Below, in pieces: positions 46,338-55,743 of a DNA stretch of 58,612 nt. The position numbers were made by a program, and so were the translations under genes. The notes beneath the pieces were generated by a model. It saw only the letters and a list, made by a program, of their open reading frames with translations, was not told the DNA's origin and ran no database searches. This DNA comes from a virus. How positions within the stretch are numbered: position 1 is the first letter of the stretch; each line of letters begins with the position of its first letter. The DNA is taken from the IMG/VR virus record IMGVR_UViG_3300045988_050777, one strand, 5' to 3'.

Positions 46338-49300
46338 TCAAGCGCAAAGGCGGCACTATCCAGCTATTCAGCAGAGATCCGTTCTGTACCATAAAATCGG
46401 CAACGCAGAACATATCTCTGATGGGGGATGATAACATACAGTTGTCTATTATCTCCACTGAATTGCTGGACTTCGAGAAAGGAGATAAAATCATAGTGGG
46501 CGGTGAAGAGTACACTATCCGCACACGTGTAGCCCGTGAAATGAAAACGGATAGATACTACCAGTATGATGCAGTATTCTATGGAGTGATGTATGAACTG
46601 ATGAAAGCCCAATACAGGAATACGGACGAAAGCGGAAAATCTACTTCCATGACTTTTGACCTTACTTATTCCATTCGGGATTTCGTCAAGGTGATCATAT
46701 ACAATATGAACCGTGATTATCCGGGCTTGTGGGCTTTTGATGAAGCGAATTGCCCGGACACAGAGCCACGCACTATATCCTTTTCACGTCAAAACTGCCT
46801 ACAGGTGTTGCAATCGCTATGTAGCAAGGATAATTTCAAGCTGGAGTTCCGTATTACCCAAGACAACGGAGTGCGTACTATCCATATTGGAAAGTTCGGC
46901 ACAAAGGTTATCCCACCAAGCGGAAGTGATTACTTTGAGTGGGGTAAGGGTGGTGGTTTGTTTACCCTCAAAGATCAAAAGGTGGATGATAAAGCCATTA
47001 TTACCCGTCTTTGGGTGGAGGGCGGCACTACAAACATACGGAGCGACTACAGGGACTATTCAGAACGCTTGCAACTGCCTTACCCAAAGCGTATGAATAA
47101 GAATGAGCATACGTTGGCAGACGGAACTGTTATCCCGGCAAACAGTGAAATGATCGGTATTGATGATGATACCAAGCGTTATATTGAGGATGCGGAACTG
47201 GCGCAGGAGATAGGCAGCGAAGAGGATAGCGAACAATATGATGATATTTTCCCGAAGCGTACAGGAAAGGTTACTGCCATTGTTGAGGATGATATAAATT
47301 CATTCGTTGATGATACAATGGATTTCGACCTGAACGAAAAGGACGAAAACGGGACAAAGTACCTTATCAATGGCGTAACGGCAAAAATCACATTCATAAC
47401 TGGCAGGCTTTCCGGACAACAGTTTGAAGTAAAAGCAGATGGCGGATATGACCATTCGGCTAAGAAGTTCACGATCATACCTTTCACTGACAAACGAGGG
47501 CTGACCATACCGACCACCGACAATGATGCTTTCCGCATTGAGGTTGGAAACAGCTATAAGATCACGGATATAAATCTGCCAAAGTCCTATGAGGATAATG
47601 CGGAAGAAGATCTTTGGTATGCCGGGTATGATGATTTCAAGCCACGCACACAGTCCAGAGTGCAGTATGCTCTGACCTTTGACCGCTCCTATTTTCTGGA
47701 GAATATGCCGGATGATAGCGAAACCAGCGTGTTCAAGGTTGGGGACTATGTGCCAGTGCGTGATGTGCGTTTCGGTGTGGAGAAGAGCATAAGAATCCAG
47801 AAGATAAGCCGTAACTTGCTTGTGGATCACGATTACAGCCTTACCCTATCCGACACTACCACCATATCCATAAGCCAGCAGACGGTGATAGATGTGATAG
47901 AGCATAACAAGATCATAGAGGCAAACCGACTGAAAGATTTGAGCAAGGCACGCAGGGGATGGCGTACAACAGAAGAGCTAAGGAATATGGTGTATGACAC
48001 AGACGGGTATTTTGATCCAGAAAACATACGACCTAATTCTATTGACACCAATATGCTTACCGTTGGATCGAAGAGCCAGCAGTTTGTTCTGATCGGTGTG
48101 GTGATGCAAGCCAATGTAAACGGTAATGCCAACAGATTTGATGCTTCTTCCGGCATATTGGCACACTTGACAATAGACGAAACCACCATTAAGCAATGGA
48201 CTTTGGGCGAATTGAGCGTTACGCTATCCGAGCAGGGAGGTTACTATGTATTTGCCAAATGTAGCAAGACTGGATCGAATGGCGTGTTTGTCGTTACGCA
48301 AACACCCTACAAGTTTGAGCCTACAGAAGATCCGAACAACTACTATTTTCAGATAGGTATCATAAGCTCATTATATCCTGATGATAATTTCCGTGACTTC
48401 GTAACCACTTATGGATTTACCAGAATCAACGGAAAGACTATCACCACTGGAACGATTGTTACCAGTGACGGTGAGTGCTATTTGGATTTGGATGGGAACA
48501 AATTCAGGATTGGGGATGCCACAAGCTCTATTGATTGGAATGTGACGGCAAGAAAACAGCTTACCTTGCATAATGTACGCCTATTAAGCGATTCTGGCGA
48601 TGTGTCGTTTATCGGTGTGTATCGTGGAGATTACAACGAGGAATATGTGTACTATACAGGCGATGAGGTTAGCTATAGCAATGGTGCGGAAACTTGCACA
48701 TACAGGTACATTTATCCTACTCCGGCAAAGGGGATTACACCAACCAATACGACTTATTGGAAAGTAGTAGCAAAAGGGCAGCAAGGACAGAAAGGCGATG
48801 ATGGTTTACCCGGTGAAGATGGGCTACCCGGAAAGAGTTACTACACATGGATTCGTTATGCTGATGATGTAAACGGTACTGGCATTTCTGATAATCCTAC
48901 AGGAAAAGGCTTCATAGGTTTTGCATACAACAAGGAAACTCCGACTGAAAGCAACGACCCAAAGGATTATAAATGGTCTGACATAATGGGTAAAGATGGC
49001 GTTCCGGGTGAGCCGGGCGAAGATGGAAAAACGCTTTATACATGGATTGCCTATTCTGACAATGCAGACGGTAATCCTATGTACCAGCAGCCCAAAGATA
49101 CCACCATGTACATAGGTATTGCTACAAATAAAGAAACGGCTACAGAAAGCGATGATCCGAAAGATTATGTTTGGAGTAAATTTAAGGGTGACGATGGTTT
49201 GCCGGGCGTTCCGGGTGCTGATGGAAAGACAAGCTATTTCCATATCAAATACTCTTCCGTACAGAATCCAACCAGTGCCTCACAAATGACGGAAACACCG

Positions 49301-51820
49301 TCTGATTACATAGGTACTTATGTGGATTATACGCAGGCAGATAGTACAGATCCTAAGAAATACACTTGGGCAAGATTCAAAGGATTCAATGGTGAGGACG
49401 GATTGCCGGGCGTGAATGGTGAGGACGGAAAGACTTCATACCTACATATCAAATACAGTGATAATGGGGGATTATCGTTCACTGCAAACAATGGTGAAGA
49501 TCCGGGCGCATATATCGGTCAGTATGTGGACTTCGTACAGAAAGATAGCGACAACCCTACTGACTATACTTGGAGTTTGATAAAGGGTGAAAGCGGTGCG
49601 GCTGGAAGCGATGCGACAACAGGAGAATACTATGAGTATAGGTATGCCAAAAACGGATCGACGGTTACACCTCCGGCTCTTGATGCAGATGCCGAAAACC
49701 CGGCTGGGTGGAGTACGACAATGCCGACCGTTGGCACACTGGAATACTTGTGGTGTACGATGGCTAAGAAATCCGGGCTATCGGATAAGAAAGTGTTTGA
49801 TATTCCCGTACAGCAAGGGGAAACTACGCTTCTGGATATTACCGGGCATGGCATATCTGGAGCGTTGAAGAATGGTGCTTCCGTTGTGCAAGACGGTAGC
49901 CGATATGCCGTTGATCTTAGCGACAATGCGGAGTGTCAGATTAATTGGGATCTTCCGTTTGGTCAAAGTTTCACGCTCTGTTTTTGGATGAAAACGGATC
50001 AGACGCTCATACGGTGGATGCTGAACGGCTACAATGGCAGGGACTATGTGGAGAAGAGTATAACCGTGTCAAAGAACACTTGGTTTCATGTTGCCTTGCG
50101 TTTCAATGACAGAACTGTATCTATATTCATTAATGGATCTCTGGTGCAGACAGGCAGCATAAATGAAGAGGTGGTAGGCTTTTCCATGTACGATGATAAT
50201 ATGTTTGGCTCTTCCGTGTTCTATGACAACATAAGGCTTTATGATGGTGCATTATCGGCAACCGATATAGGCAAGGATAAGAGCGGAGCAAGCGACAAAC
50301 TGGTACAGAACTGGTGTACCCCTTTCCGTATCAATCCTTACGATGGAAAGGATGGTGTAGGTATAAACGCCGTTGATGTGGAGTATGCCAAAAGCTCTTC
50401 TAACACTACAGCACCAACAAGCGGATGGCAAACCACCGCTCCAGCGTGGGAAGATGGGAAATATATCTGGTCAAGGACAAAAACCGTGCTTACCGATGGA
50501 TCTACCGAATACACTAAGGCTGTTTGTATCACTGGCGGCAAGGGTGCAACTGGCTCTACTGGCGTGGGTGTGAAATCCATTGTGGAACAATACTACCTAT
50601 CCAGTAGCCCTACTTCGCAAACTGGCGGCTCATGGAGTACCACCAGACCTACTTGGAAAGATGGCTGGTATATCTGGACGAGATCCGTTATTACCTATAC
50701 CAACGGCACTTCTACCACTACAGCGGCTATCTGTGTAACAGGTGGAAAGGGAGAAACTGGTGATCCGGGTGAAAAAGGCGATCAAGGAGAAAGCCCGGCA
50801 GCGGTATATCAAGGCACATACAGCAGTTCCAAAACCTACTATGGTACAAAGTACAGGCTTGATGTAGTGAAGTACAACGGTATTTTCTATATCGCCCGTA
50901 TTGATGCAGGAACTTTTTCGGGTGTCGTGCCTACCAATACAAGCAAATGGAATCCTTTCGGTGCGCAATTCGAGAGCGTGGCTACCAACTTGCTTCTGGC
51001 TGAAAATGCCAACATAGCAGGATGGGTATTCAGGAACAACCGACTGGAAGCGCAGAATGGTAGTGTATATCTGGACGGTGTGAACGGAGAAGTACGTTTG
51101 CAGGGAACAATGCAGTTATCTACTGGCTGGTCTGGTGTTTTCTCTGATGTGAATATATTCTATCTTCCAGCGACAACAAGCTTAAAAACTATATCTATGG
51201 GGCAAGATATGGATGATATTGGTAAAGTGTGCCGACTGTACAACGGTGGAGAATATGGTCAAGGCAATTACCTAATTGGAGTATATAGTTTTACAGCAGA
51301 GGCAGGATTTTCAAGTAGCGTTCTTGATTATTACGCCTTAGTAAGACCTCAAGAAATAGTAGAAATGACTTGTTTTGAATTGCCCGGATCAACATCAACG
51401 GTAAGAAAAGGAAGATGGGAAATAACAAGCCGTTTCGCATGGACTGATTTTGTTAACTCTGGAGCAAAAGGCAGACATCCTCTTATACTGGCAATAGGCA
51501 GGATTAGTGGAACTAATTCAGGAGCTTCGATAAGCGGAACTTGGTGGAATGGAAAGTCTATCACTTCCATTCTTTCGGTGTCACGACAAGCAGAGGGTAA
51601 ATATAGGGTTTCATTTTCGAGTTCCAATATACCCTCTGGATATAGGGTAATGCTAACTGGATATGGAACTGTGTATAACAACTCTGATTCACCAGTAAAG
51701 GGTACTATTATGGCTCTTTCAACAACTTATTTCGATGTTTGGACTTCTGACGATTCAACAAGAAATGACGGAAGTTGTGAGTTTATAATCTTAGCTCCAG
51801 AATGGCAATACAAATTTTGA
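46319..51820 (+). CDS. Large tail fibre / host-specificity protein with collagen-like repeats and a LamG-like domain
   Basis: 1833 aa. Gly-X-Y runs (GDDGLPGEDGLPGKS and others), four ~60-aa tandem modules, LamG-like LCFWMKTD...WFHVALRF. Confidence 0.8.
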   Translation: MGEIEVIKRKGGTIQLFSRDPFCTIKSATQNISLMGDDNIQLSIISTELLDFEKGDKIIVGGEEYTIRTRVAREMKTDRYYQYDAVFYGVMYELMKAQYRNTDESGKSTSMTFDLTYSIRDFVKVIIYNMNRDYPGLWAFDEANCPDTEPRTISFSRQNCLQVLQSLCSKDNFKLEFRITQDNGVRTIHIGKFGTKVIPPSGSDYFEWGKGGGLFTLKDQKVDDKAIITRLWVEGGTTNIRSDYRDYSERLQLPYPKRMNKNEHTLADGTVIPANSEMIGIDDDTKRYIEDAELAQEIGSEEDSEQYDDIFPKRTGKVTAIVEDDINSFVDDTMDFDLNEKDENGTKYLINGVTAKITFITGRLSGQQFEVKADGGYDHSAKKFTIIPFTDKRGLTIPTTDNDAFRIEVGNSYKITDINLPKSYEDNAEEDLWYAGYDDFKPRTQSRVQYALTFDRSYFLENMPDDSETSVFKVGDYVPVRDVRFGVEKSIRIQKISRNLLVDHDYSLTLSDTTTISISQQTVIDVIEHNKIIEANRLKDLSKARRGWRTTEELRNMVYDTDGYFDPENIRPNSIDTNMLTVGSKSQQFVLIGVVMQANVNGNANRFDASSGILAHLTIDETTIKQWTLGELSVTLSEQGGYYVFAKCSKTGSNGVFVVTQTPYKFEPTEDPNNYYFQIGIISSLYPDDNFRDFVTTYGFTRINGKTITTGTIVTSDGECYLDLDGNKFRIGDATSSIDWNVTARKQLTLHNVRLLSDSGDVSFIGVYRGDYNEEYVYYTGDEVSYSNGAETCTYRYIYPTPAKGITPTNTTYWKVVAKGQQGQKGDDGLPGEDGLPGKSYYTWIRYADDVNGTGISDNPTGKGFIGFAYNKETPTESNDPKDYKWSDIMGKDGVPGEPGEDGKTLYTWIAYSDNADGNPMYQQPKDTTMYIGIATNKETATESDDPKDYVWSKFKGDDGLPGVPGADGKTSYFHIKYSSVQNPTSASQMTETPSDYIGTYVDYTQADSTDPKKYTWARFKGFNGEDGLPGVNGEDGKTSYLHIKYSDNGGLSFTANNGEDPGAYIGQYVDFVQKDSDNPTDYTWSLIKGESGAAGSDATTGEYYEYRYAKNGSTVTPPALDADAENPAGWSTTMPTVGTLEYLWCTMAKKSGLSDKKVFDIPVQQGETTLLDITGHGISGALKNGASVVQDGSRYAVDLSDNAECQINWDLPFGQSFTLCFWMKTDQTLIRWMLNGYNGRDYVEKSITVSKNTWFHVALRFNDRTVSIFINGSLVQTGSINEEVVGFSMYDDNMFGSSVFYDNIRLYDGALSATDIGKDKSGASDKLVQNWCTPFRINPYDGKDGVGINAVDVEYAKSSSNTTAPTSGWQTTAPAWEDGKYIWSRTKTVLTDGSTEYTKAVCITGGKGATGSTGVGVKSIVEQYYLSSSPTSQTGGSWSTTRPTWKDGWYIWTRSVITYTNGTSTTTAAICVTGGKGETGDPGEKGDQGESPAAVYQGTYSSSKTYYGTKYRLDVVKYNGIFYIARIDAGTFSGVVPTNTSKWNPFGAQFESVATNLLLAENANIAGWVFRNNRLEAQNGSVYLDGVNGEVRLQGTMQLSTGWSGVFSDVNIFYLPATTSLKTISMGQDMDDIGKVCRLYNGGEYGQGNYLIGVYSFTAEAGFSSSVLDYYALVRPQEIVEMTCFELPGSTSTVRKGRWEITSRFAWTDFVNSGAKGRHPLILAIGRISGTNSGASISGTWWNGKSITSILSVSRQAEGKYRVSFSSSNIPSGYRVMLTGYGTVYNNSDSPVKGTIMALSTTYFDVWTSDDSTRNDGSCEFIILAPEWQYKF

Positions 51821-51830
51821 TAGTATAACT

Positions 51831-52064
51831 ATGAACTGGTTAAAAGAGAGCAACAGGACAAAGCATTTGGTGTATGCTATACCATGTGCGTTTTTGCTGA
51901 CGATTCTGTTTGTGGCAGGATTGGCGGCTGGTATGGAGTTTAAGGATCGTGCCTACGGTGGCAAATGGGACTGGCTGGATCTCATTGCCACGCTGTTAGG
52001 CGGCTTGGTAGGTCAAATCTTGCAAGCCTTAGTAATCTATCTTATATGGAAAGGAGGTGTATAA
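51831..52064 (+). CDS. Small membrane protein
   Basis: 77 aa with 2-3 hydrophobic helices. Confidence 0.45.
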   Translation: MNWLKESNRTKHLVYAIPCAFLLTILFVAGLAAGMEFKDRAYGGKWDWLDLIATLLGGLVGQILQALVIYLIWKGGV

Positions 52065-52096
52065 TGGTTTGAGGGCATATTTTTTCGTCTAAAAGT

Positions 52097-52128
52097 GTGT
52101 TTAAGGAACACATAAATAAGTATATTTG
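52097..52128 (+). promoter_or_regulatory. GTGTT-N5-AACAC palindrome followed 9 nt later by -7 box TATATTTG (promoter of the DGR target operon)
   Basis: GTGTTTAAGGAACAC at 52097..52111 and TATATTTG at 52121..52128. Confidence 0.5.
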
Positions 52129-52153
52129 CAGTTAGAAATTAACTCGGTGAATT

Positions 52154-52453
52154 ATGGATAATGATATGTACAGCCTTAGAGTGTTGGCTAAAGGTCAAGT
52201 GTCGGATCTTAGCAAGGGATTCAATCTTGGCGGCAAGCCGTTTTCGGTCTATGTGCGTAGCAAGAGCGCAACGGAAATGGCTACTGATACGCTTCTGAAT
52301 TGCAAGCTGATCTGCGATACTTCGTTTGGCAACATACCAGTACCAGTTGGCGACTGGACACCAGCGGCTATAGTGGAGATTGCCCCAAACGCTATAGACT
52401 TGCAGAAGTATGAGATTTATTGGGGTGCAGGTGAAATCATTAGAAACAACTGA
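52154..52453 (+). CDS. Hypothetical protein upstream of DGR target 1
   Basis: 99-aa ORF. Its stop lies 1 nt before the target ATG. Confidence 0.45.
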   Translation: MDNDMYSLRVLAKGQVSDLSKGFNLGGKPFSVYVRSKSATEMATDTLLNCKLICDTSFGNIPVPVGDWTPAAIVEIAPNAIDLQKYEIYWGAGEIIRNN

Positions 52454-52454
52454 T

Positions 52455-53816
52455 ATGGGACTTTTGTTAGGTAGCGGTAACACGAAACCGCAATATCCGT
52501 ATGATATGTGGTACGGAATAGAGGGAGATTTTACAAGCCGTGATTACAAGCTCAAAAGAGTTGGTAATCTGGACTTGCACAAGACGCTTCCGATTCAGGC
52601 GAAACTGAAACGCTTCGTTGAGAATCCAGACGGATCGGTAAAATACTACTTGCATCCGAATGACAGCCGTAAGAAAGACAGCGGTGCTGCCGCTGTGATT
52701 GACAGCACGGACGGTAATGTGATGCTGGAGAAGCCGGAGTATTATTTCAGGCTGGAGATTGAGGGTACAAAGTGGATTCGTGCCTACTCTGAATATCCTT
52801 TGCCGGGCTTTGTCAAGATGGAGCGCAAAACGGTATCTCCGTGGTTTGCTACTATCAAGATTGATACGAATGAAGCCGTTTCCGGCTGTTTCCTCACTTG
52901 GGACGGTGACAATATCGCCCGTGATGCAAGCGGCTATGTGAAGCTGACCGCCAATGCTGCCAACTACAGGGGTGGTTCTGGCTCTGGAGATGCTGCCAAA
53001 GATGGCACTTACAACTCCATGCTTGGTATGCCTCGCACTTCTATCTCTAAGGTAACAGCCCGTGCCGCTTGCAAGAATGGCACTCACTTGGGCGTGTACC
53101 GTGTGTACAATGAAATCGCTTGGTTGCAGAGGCTGGAGTATGCTTCATTGCATTGTCAGGATGCCTACAATGAAACTCTTACCGCTGATGGCTATCATCA
53201 AGGCGGACTGGGCAACGGTACGGCTGTGAACGGTACGGAGTGGAACACTTGGGGCGGCTATAAGCCTTTCATTCCTTGCGGTGTGACTGCAACGCTGGGC
53301 AACAATACTGGCAGAGTGCCTTATGTGATCAAGGGCTGGACTGGTGGCGATAAGACGGTACAGGTTACTTCTTATCGTGGATTGGAAGTGCCTTATGAAT
53401 ACATTTGGTATCTTGCGGATGATGTGCTTATCTGGCACAAGGCAGATGTTTCTATCGCCTATGTCTGTGAAGATCCTACCAAATTCACTTCACACTCCGA
53501 TTCCGCTACTTCCGTGCCAGATGGCTATGAGGCTATCACTGAATTGCCACGCAATGATGGATATATCCTACAGTTCGCCCATTCAAGCAAGGGCTATGCT
53601 TTCCCTGAAACGGTAGGTGGTTCTGCCGCTGCTGGTGGCTGTGATTATTTCTACACTTGTGTAGATGATTCCGGCTGGGCTTCTCCGGGCTGGTATGGTG
53701 CTCTGCTCGCTGGGCGTGCGAATTCTGGTGCGGCTGCGGGTTTCGGTTATCTGGATACGAATGGTCGCTCCTCGCACTCGGGTGCGTACATTGGTTTCCG
53801 CTTGTGCCGTTTTTAA
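52455..53816 (+). CDS. DGR target protein 1 (C-terminal VR1; probable receptor-binding/tail accessory protein)
   Basis: ATG at 52455 (track ORF starts at 52410). Ends ...GALLAGRANSGAAAGFGYLDTNGRSSHSGAYIGFRLCRF. Confidence 0.85.
   Translation: MGLLLGSGNTKPQYPYDMWYGIEGDFTSRDYKLKRVGNLDLHKTLPIQAKLKRFVENPDGSVKYYLHPNDSRKKDSGAAAVIDSTDGNVMLEKPEYYFRLEIEGTKWIRAYSEYPLPGFVKMERKTVSPWFATIKIDTNEAVSGCFLTWDGDNIARDASGYVKLTANAANYRGGSGSGDAAKDGTYNSMLGMPRTSISKVTARAACKNGTHLGVYRVYNEIAWLQRLEYASLHCQDAYNETLTADGYHQGGLGNGTAVNGTEWNTWGGYKPFIPCGVTATLGNNTGRVPYVIKGWTGGDKTVQVTSYRGLEVPYEYIWYLADDVLIWHKADVSIAYVCEDPTKFTSHSDSATSVPDGYEAITELPRNDGYILQFAHSSKGYAFPETVGGSAAAGGCDYFYTCVDDSGWASPGWYGALLAGRANSGAAAGFGYLDTNGRSSHSGAYIGFRLCRF
53696..53803 (+). 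repeat. DGR variable repeat VR1
   Basis: 96/108 identical to the TR. All 12 mismatches fall at TR adenines. Confidence 0.9.
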
Positions 53817-53902
53817 CGGACTGCAAAGCGGCGGTACACGGGGGCTTTTTTGCGAACGTGAATTGAGAAAGAAATGAGAATAAACAGGTTGATGGTGATA
53901 GG

Positions 53903-54010
53903 TGGTGCTCTGCTCGCTGGGAATGCGAATAATGGTGCGAATGCGGGTTTCGGTTATCTGAATACGAATAATCGCTCCTCGCACTCGAATGCGAACATTG
54001 GTTTCCGCTT
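53903..54010 (+). repeat. DGR template repeat (TR)
   Basis: Noncoding copy with nine AAY codons in the VR frame. 22 adenines. 150 nt upstream of the RT. Confidence 0.9.
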
Positions 54011-54160
54011 TTACCGTGGTTTCAACTTTACAAGATATAACTGTGATCACCATGACCTTACCACACAGGGGCTATCGGCACTGCTGGTAGCTGGTAAAAA
54101 AAGACGAATTAAAACGGTGTTAGTAAGTAATTGAACGCTCCGATTTAGACCAACGGCACA

Positions 54161-55348
54161 ATGGGCTTGATAAAGACAGAATACGGCTTATGTTACAGTA
54201 GCGATACGATGTTTAACGGCTATAGTGATATGGAGGATTGCGGATATTATATTGGCGATACTGGTAGCCTCTATATATCCCAAAGCAAGAAGCTAAAGAA
54301 TATCTATCCTCTTATCTACGAATCCGCAAACCTCGTTAGGGCGCAATATAATGCACAGAAAGGCAAGGGCGATCGTACAGAGATACGGAAGTTCAACAAT
54401 AACATTATTGAGTGCCTGACAGACTTGTATTTCCAGCTAAGGAATATGACCTACCAGCCGGGCGAATACAAGACTAAGACTATATATGAGCCGAAAGAAA
54501 GGCTGATTATGATTGCGCCTTTCTATCCTGATCGTATAGTCCACCATTGCGTTATCAATGTGCTTGGGCAACATTGGACGCACATATTCACGTCAAACAC
54601 TTACGCTTGTATCAAAGGCAGAGGCGTACACAAGTGCATGGAAGATCTGCATAGGGATATGATGCTGGATAAGAAAGGCACTAAGTATTGCTTGAAGATA
54701 GATATAAGAAAGTATTTCGACAATGTGGATCACGAATCAATGAAGCGGATAATCCGTTACACCATAGCGGATGATCAGATGCTTTGGCTGTTGGATAGAA
54801 TTATAGATAGCAACGGTAAAACAATCGGTTTGCCAATAGGTAATTTCACAAGCCAGTATTTTGCCAACCTATACCTCGCATACTTCGATCACTGGGTGAA
54901 AGAAGATCTTGCAAGAATGGTGATGGCGAAATTTGGGGTGAAGATATACTACTACCGATATATGGATGATATAGTAGTCCTTTGCTCCAGCAAGGAAGCA
55001 CTGCATTTCATACTTGACATGATGGGGCTTTACTTGGCTTCGGAACTGAAACTGGAGATAAAACCGAACTGGCAGATCTTCCCGGTCGATGATCGTTGTA
55101 TAGACTATGTGGGCTTCAAACAGAATCACTACGGTATTTTGCTCCGAAAGGGCATACTTATGAGGTTCTATAGGAAGCTGAACAAAGTCAAGAAGAGATA
55201 CGAGATCAAAGACATAAACGATGTAAAACACCTCTTCCCGTCTGAATACGGCTGGGTAATCAGATGCTCGGAGGAACACAGTAAATTCATCTTTAATAAA
55301 TGTTTGAACAATGGAAACAACAGGATTATTTATCGGGTTGCTGGCTGA
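54161..55348 (+). CDS. DGR reverse transcriptase
   Basis: YRYMDDIVVL (YxDD) and IGLPIGNFTSQYFANLYL (the DGR-type SQ motif). Adjacent to the TR. Confidence 0.9.
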   Translation: MGLIKTEYGLCYSSDTMFNGYSDMEDCGYYIGDTGSLYISQSKKLKNIYPLIYESANLVRAQYNAQKGKGDRTEIRKFNNNIIECLTDLYFQLRNMTYQPGEYKTKTIYEPKERLIMIAPFYPDRIVHHCVINVLGQHWTHIFTSNTYACIKGRGVHKCMEDLHRDMMLDKKGTKYCLKIDIRKYFDNVDHESMKRIIRYTIADDQMLWLLDRIIDSNGKTIGLPIGNFTSQYFANLYLAYFDHWVKEDLARMVMAKFGVKIYYYRYMDDIVVLCSSKEALHFILDMMGLYLASELKLEIKPNWQIFPVDDRCIDYVGFKQNHYGILLRKGILMRFYRKLNKVKKRYEIKDINDVKHLFPSEYGWVIRCSEEHSKFIFNKCLNNGNNRIIYRVAG

Positions 55349-55742
55349 CGAAAAGCCGGAGGTTATCTATGACTTGTACAACGGGCAGGGTACATTCATG
55401 TACAACCACAACATCAAAGAAGTATCGGTAATCAAGGAAAAAGAGGGTGGCATAACTGTTACCTCTGACGATGACGAAAAGGCTACTGGCAAGATGTTCC
55501 AGTATGACAGCGTTAGGGTGGAATACCCAAAGACAGCGGACAACATTTTCAGCACATTGCTTACTGCAAAGTACCCGTCTAAGACGGAAAGCAAGCTGAT
55601 GAATGAATACCAGTCTGCCATGCTCGGACTGCTGGATGAGAGCTACAAGAAGCCTTATGAGGACTTTTTGAAAGATCGTCTTGCTATACGCAACATGATT
55701 GATGCCGATGCCGAAACGTACAACATTCCAACTGATTTATAG
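55311..55742 (+). CDS. Hypothetical acidic protein
   Basis: 143-aa ORF overlapping the RT 3' end. The start is uncertain. Confidence 0.4.
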   Translation: METTGLFIGLLADEKPEVIYDLYNGQGTFMYNHNIKEVSVIKEKEGGITVTSDDDEKATGKMFQYDSVRVEYPKTADNIFSTLLTAKYPSKTESKLMNEYQSAMLGLLDESYKKPYEDFLKDRLAIRNMIDADAETYNIPTDL

Positions 55743-55743
55743 T

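Noticed and set aside
53583-54053. 156-aa minus-strand ORF, and the similar 9515..9775 minus-strand ORF with near-identical peptide repeats
   Set aside because: Both are antisense read-throughs of the VR1/TR and VR2 repeats, inside better-supported plus-strand genes. The peptide similarity is a by-product of the DGR repeats.
53874-54134. 86-aa ORF between DGR target 1 and the RT, a candidate Avd or small target
   Set aside because: Its translation (GALLAGNANNGANAGFGYLNTNNRSSHSNANIGFRF) is simply the TR read in the VR frame. It is Asn-rich because of the AAY template codons, so it is a shadow of the noncoding TR.
55311-55742. Candidate Avd (also considered: 52154..52453)
   Set aside because: Avd proteins are small, basic helical bundles. 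55311..55742 is strongly acidic, and 52154..52453 shows no helical-bundle character by eye. This needs an HMM or structure check.
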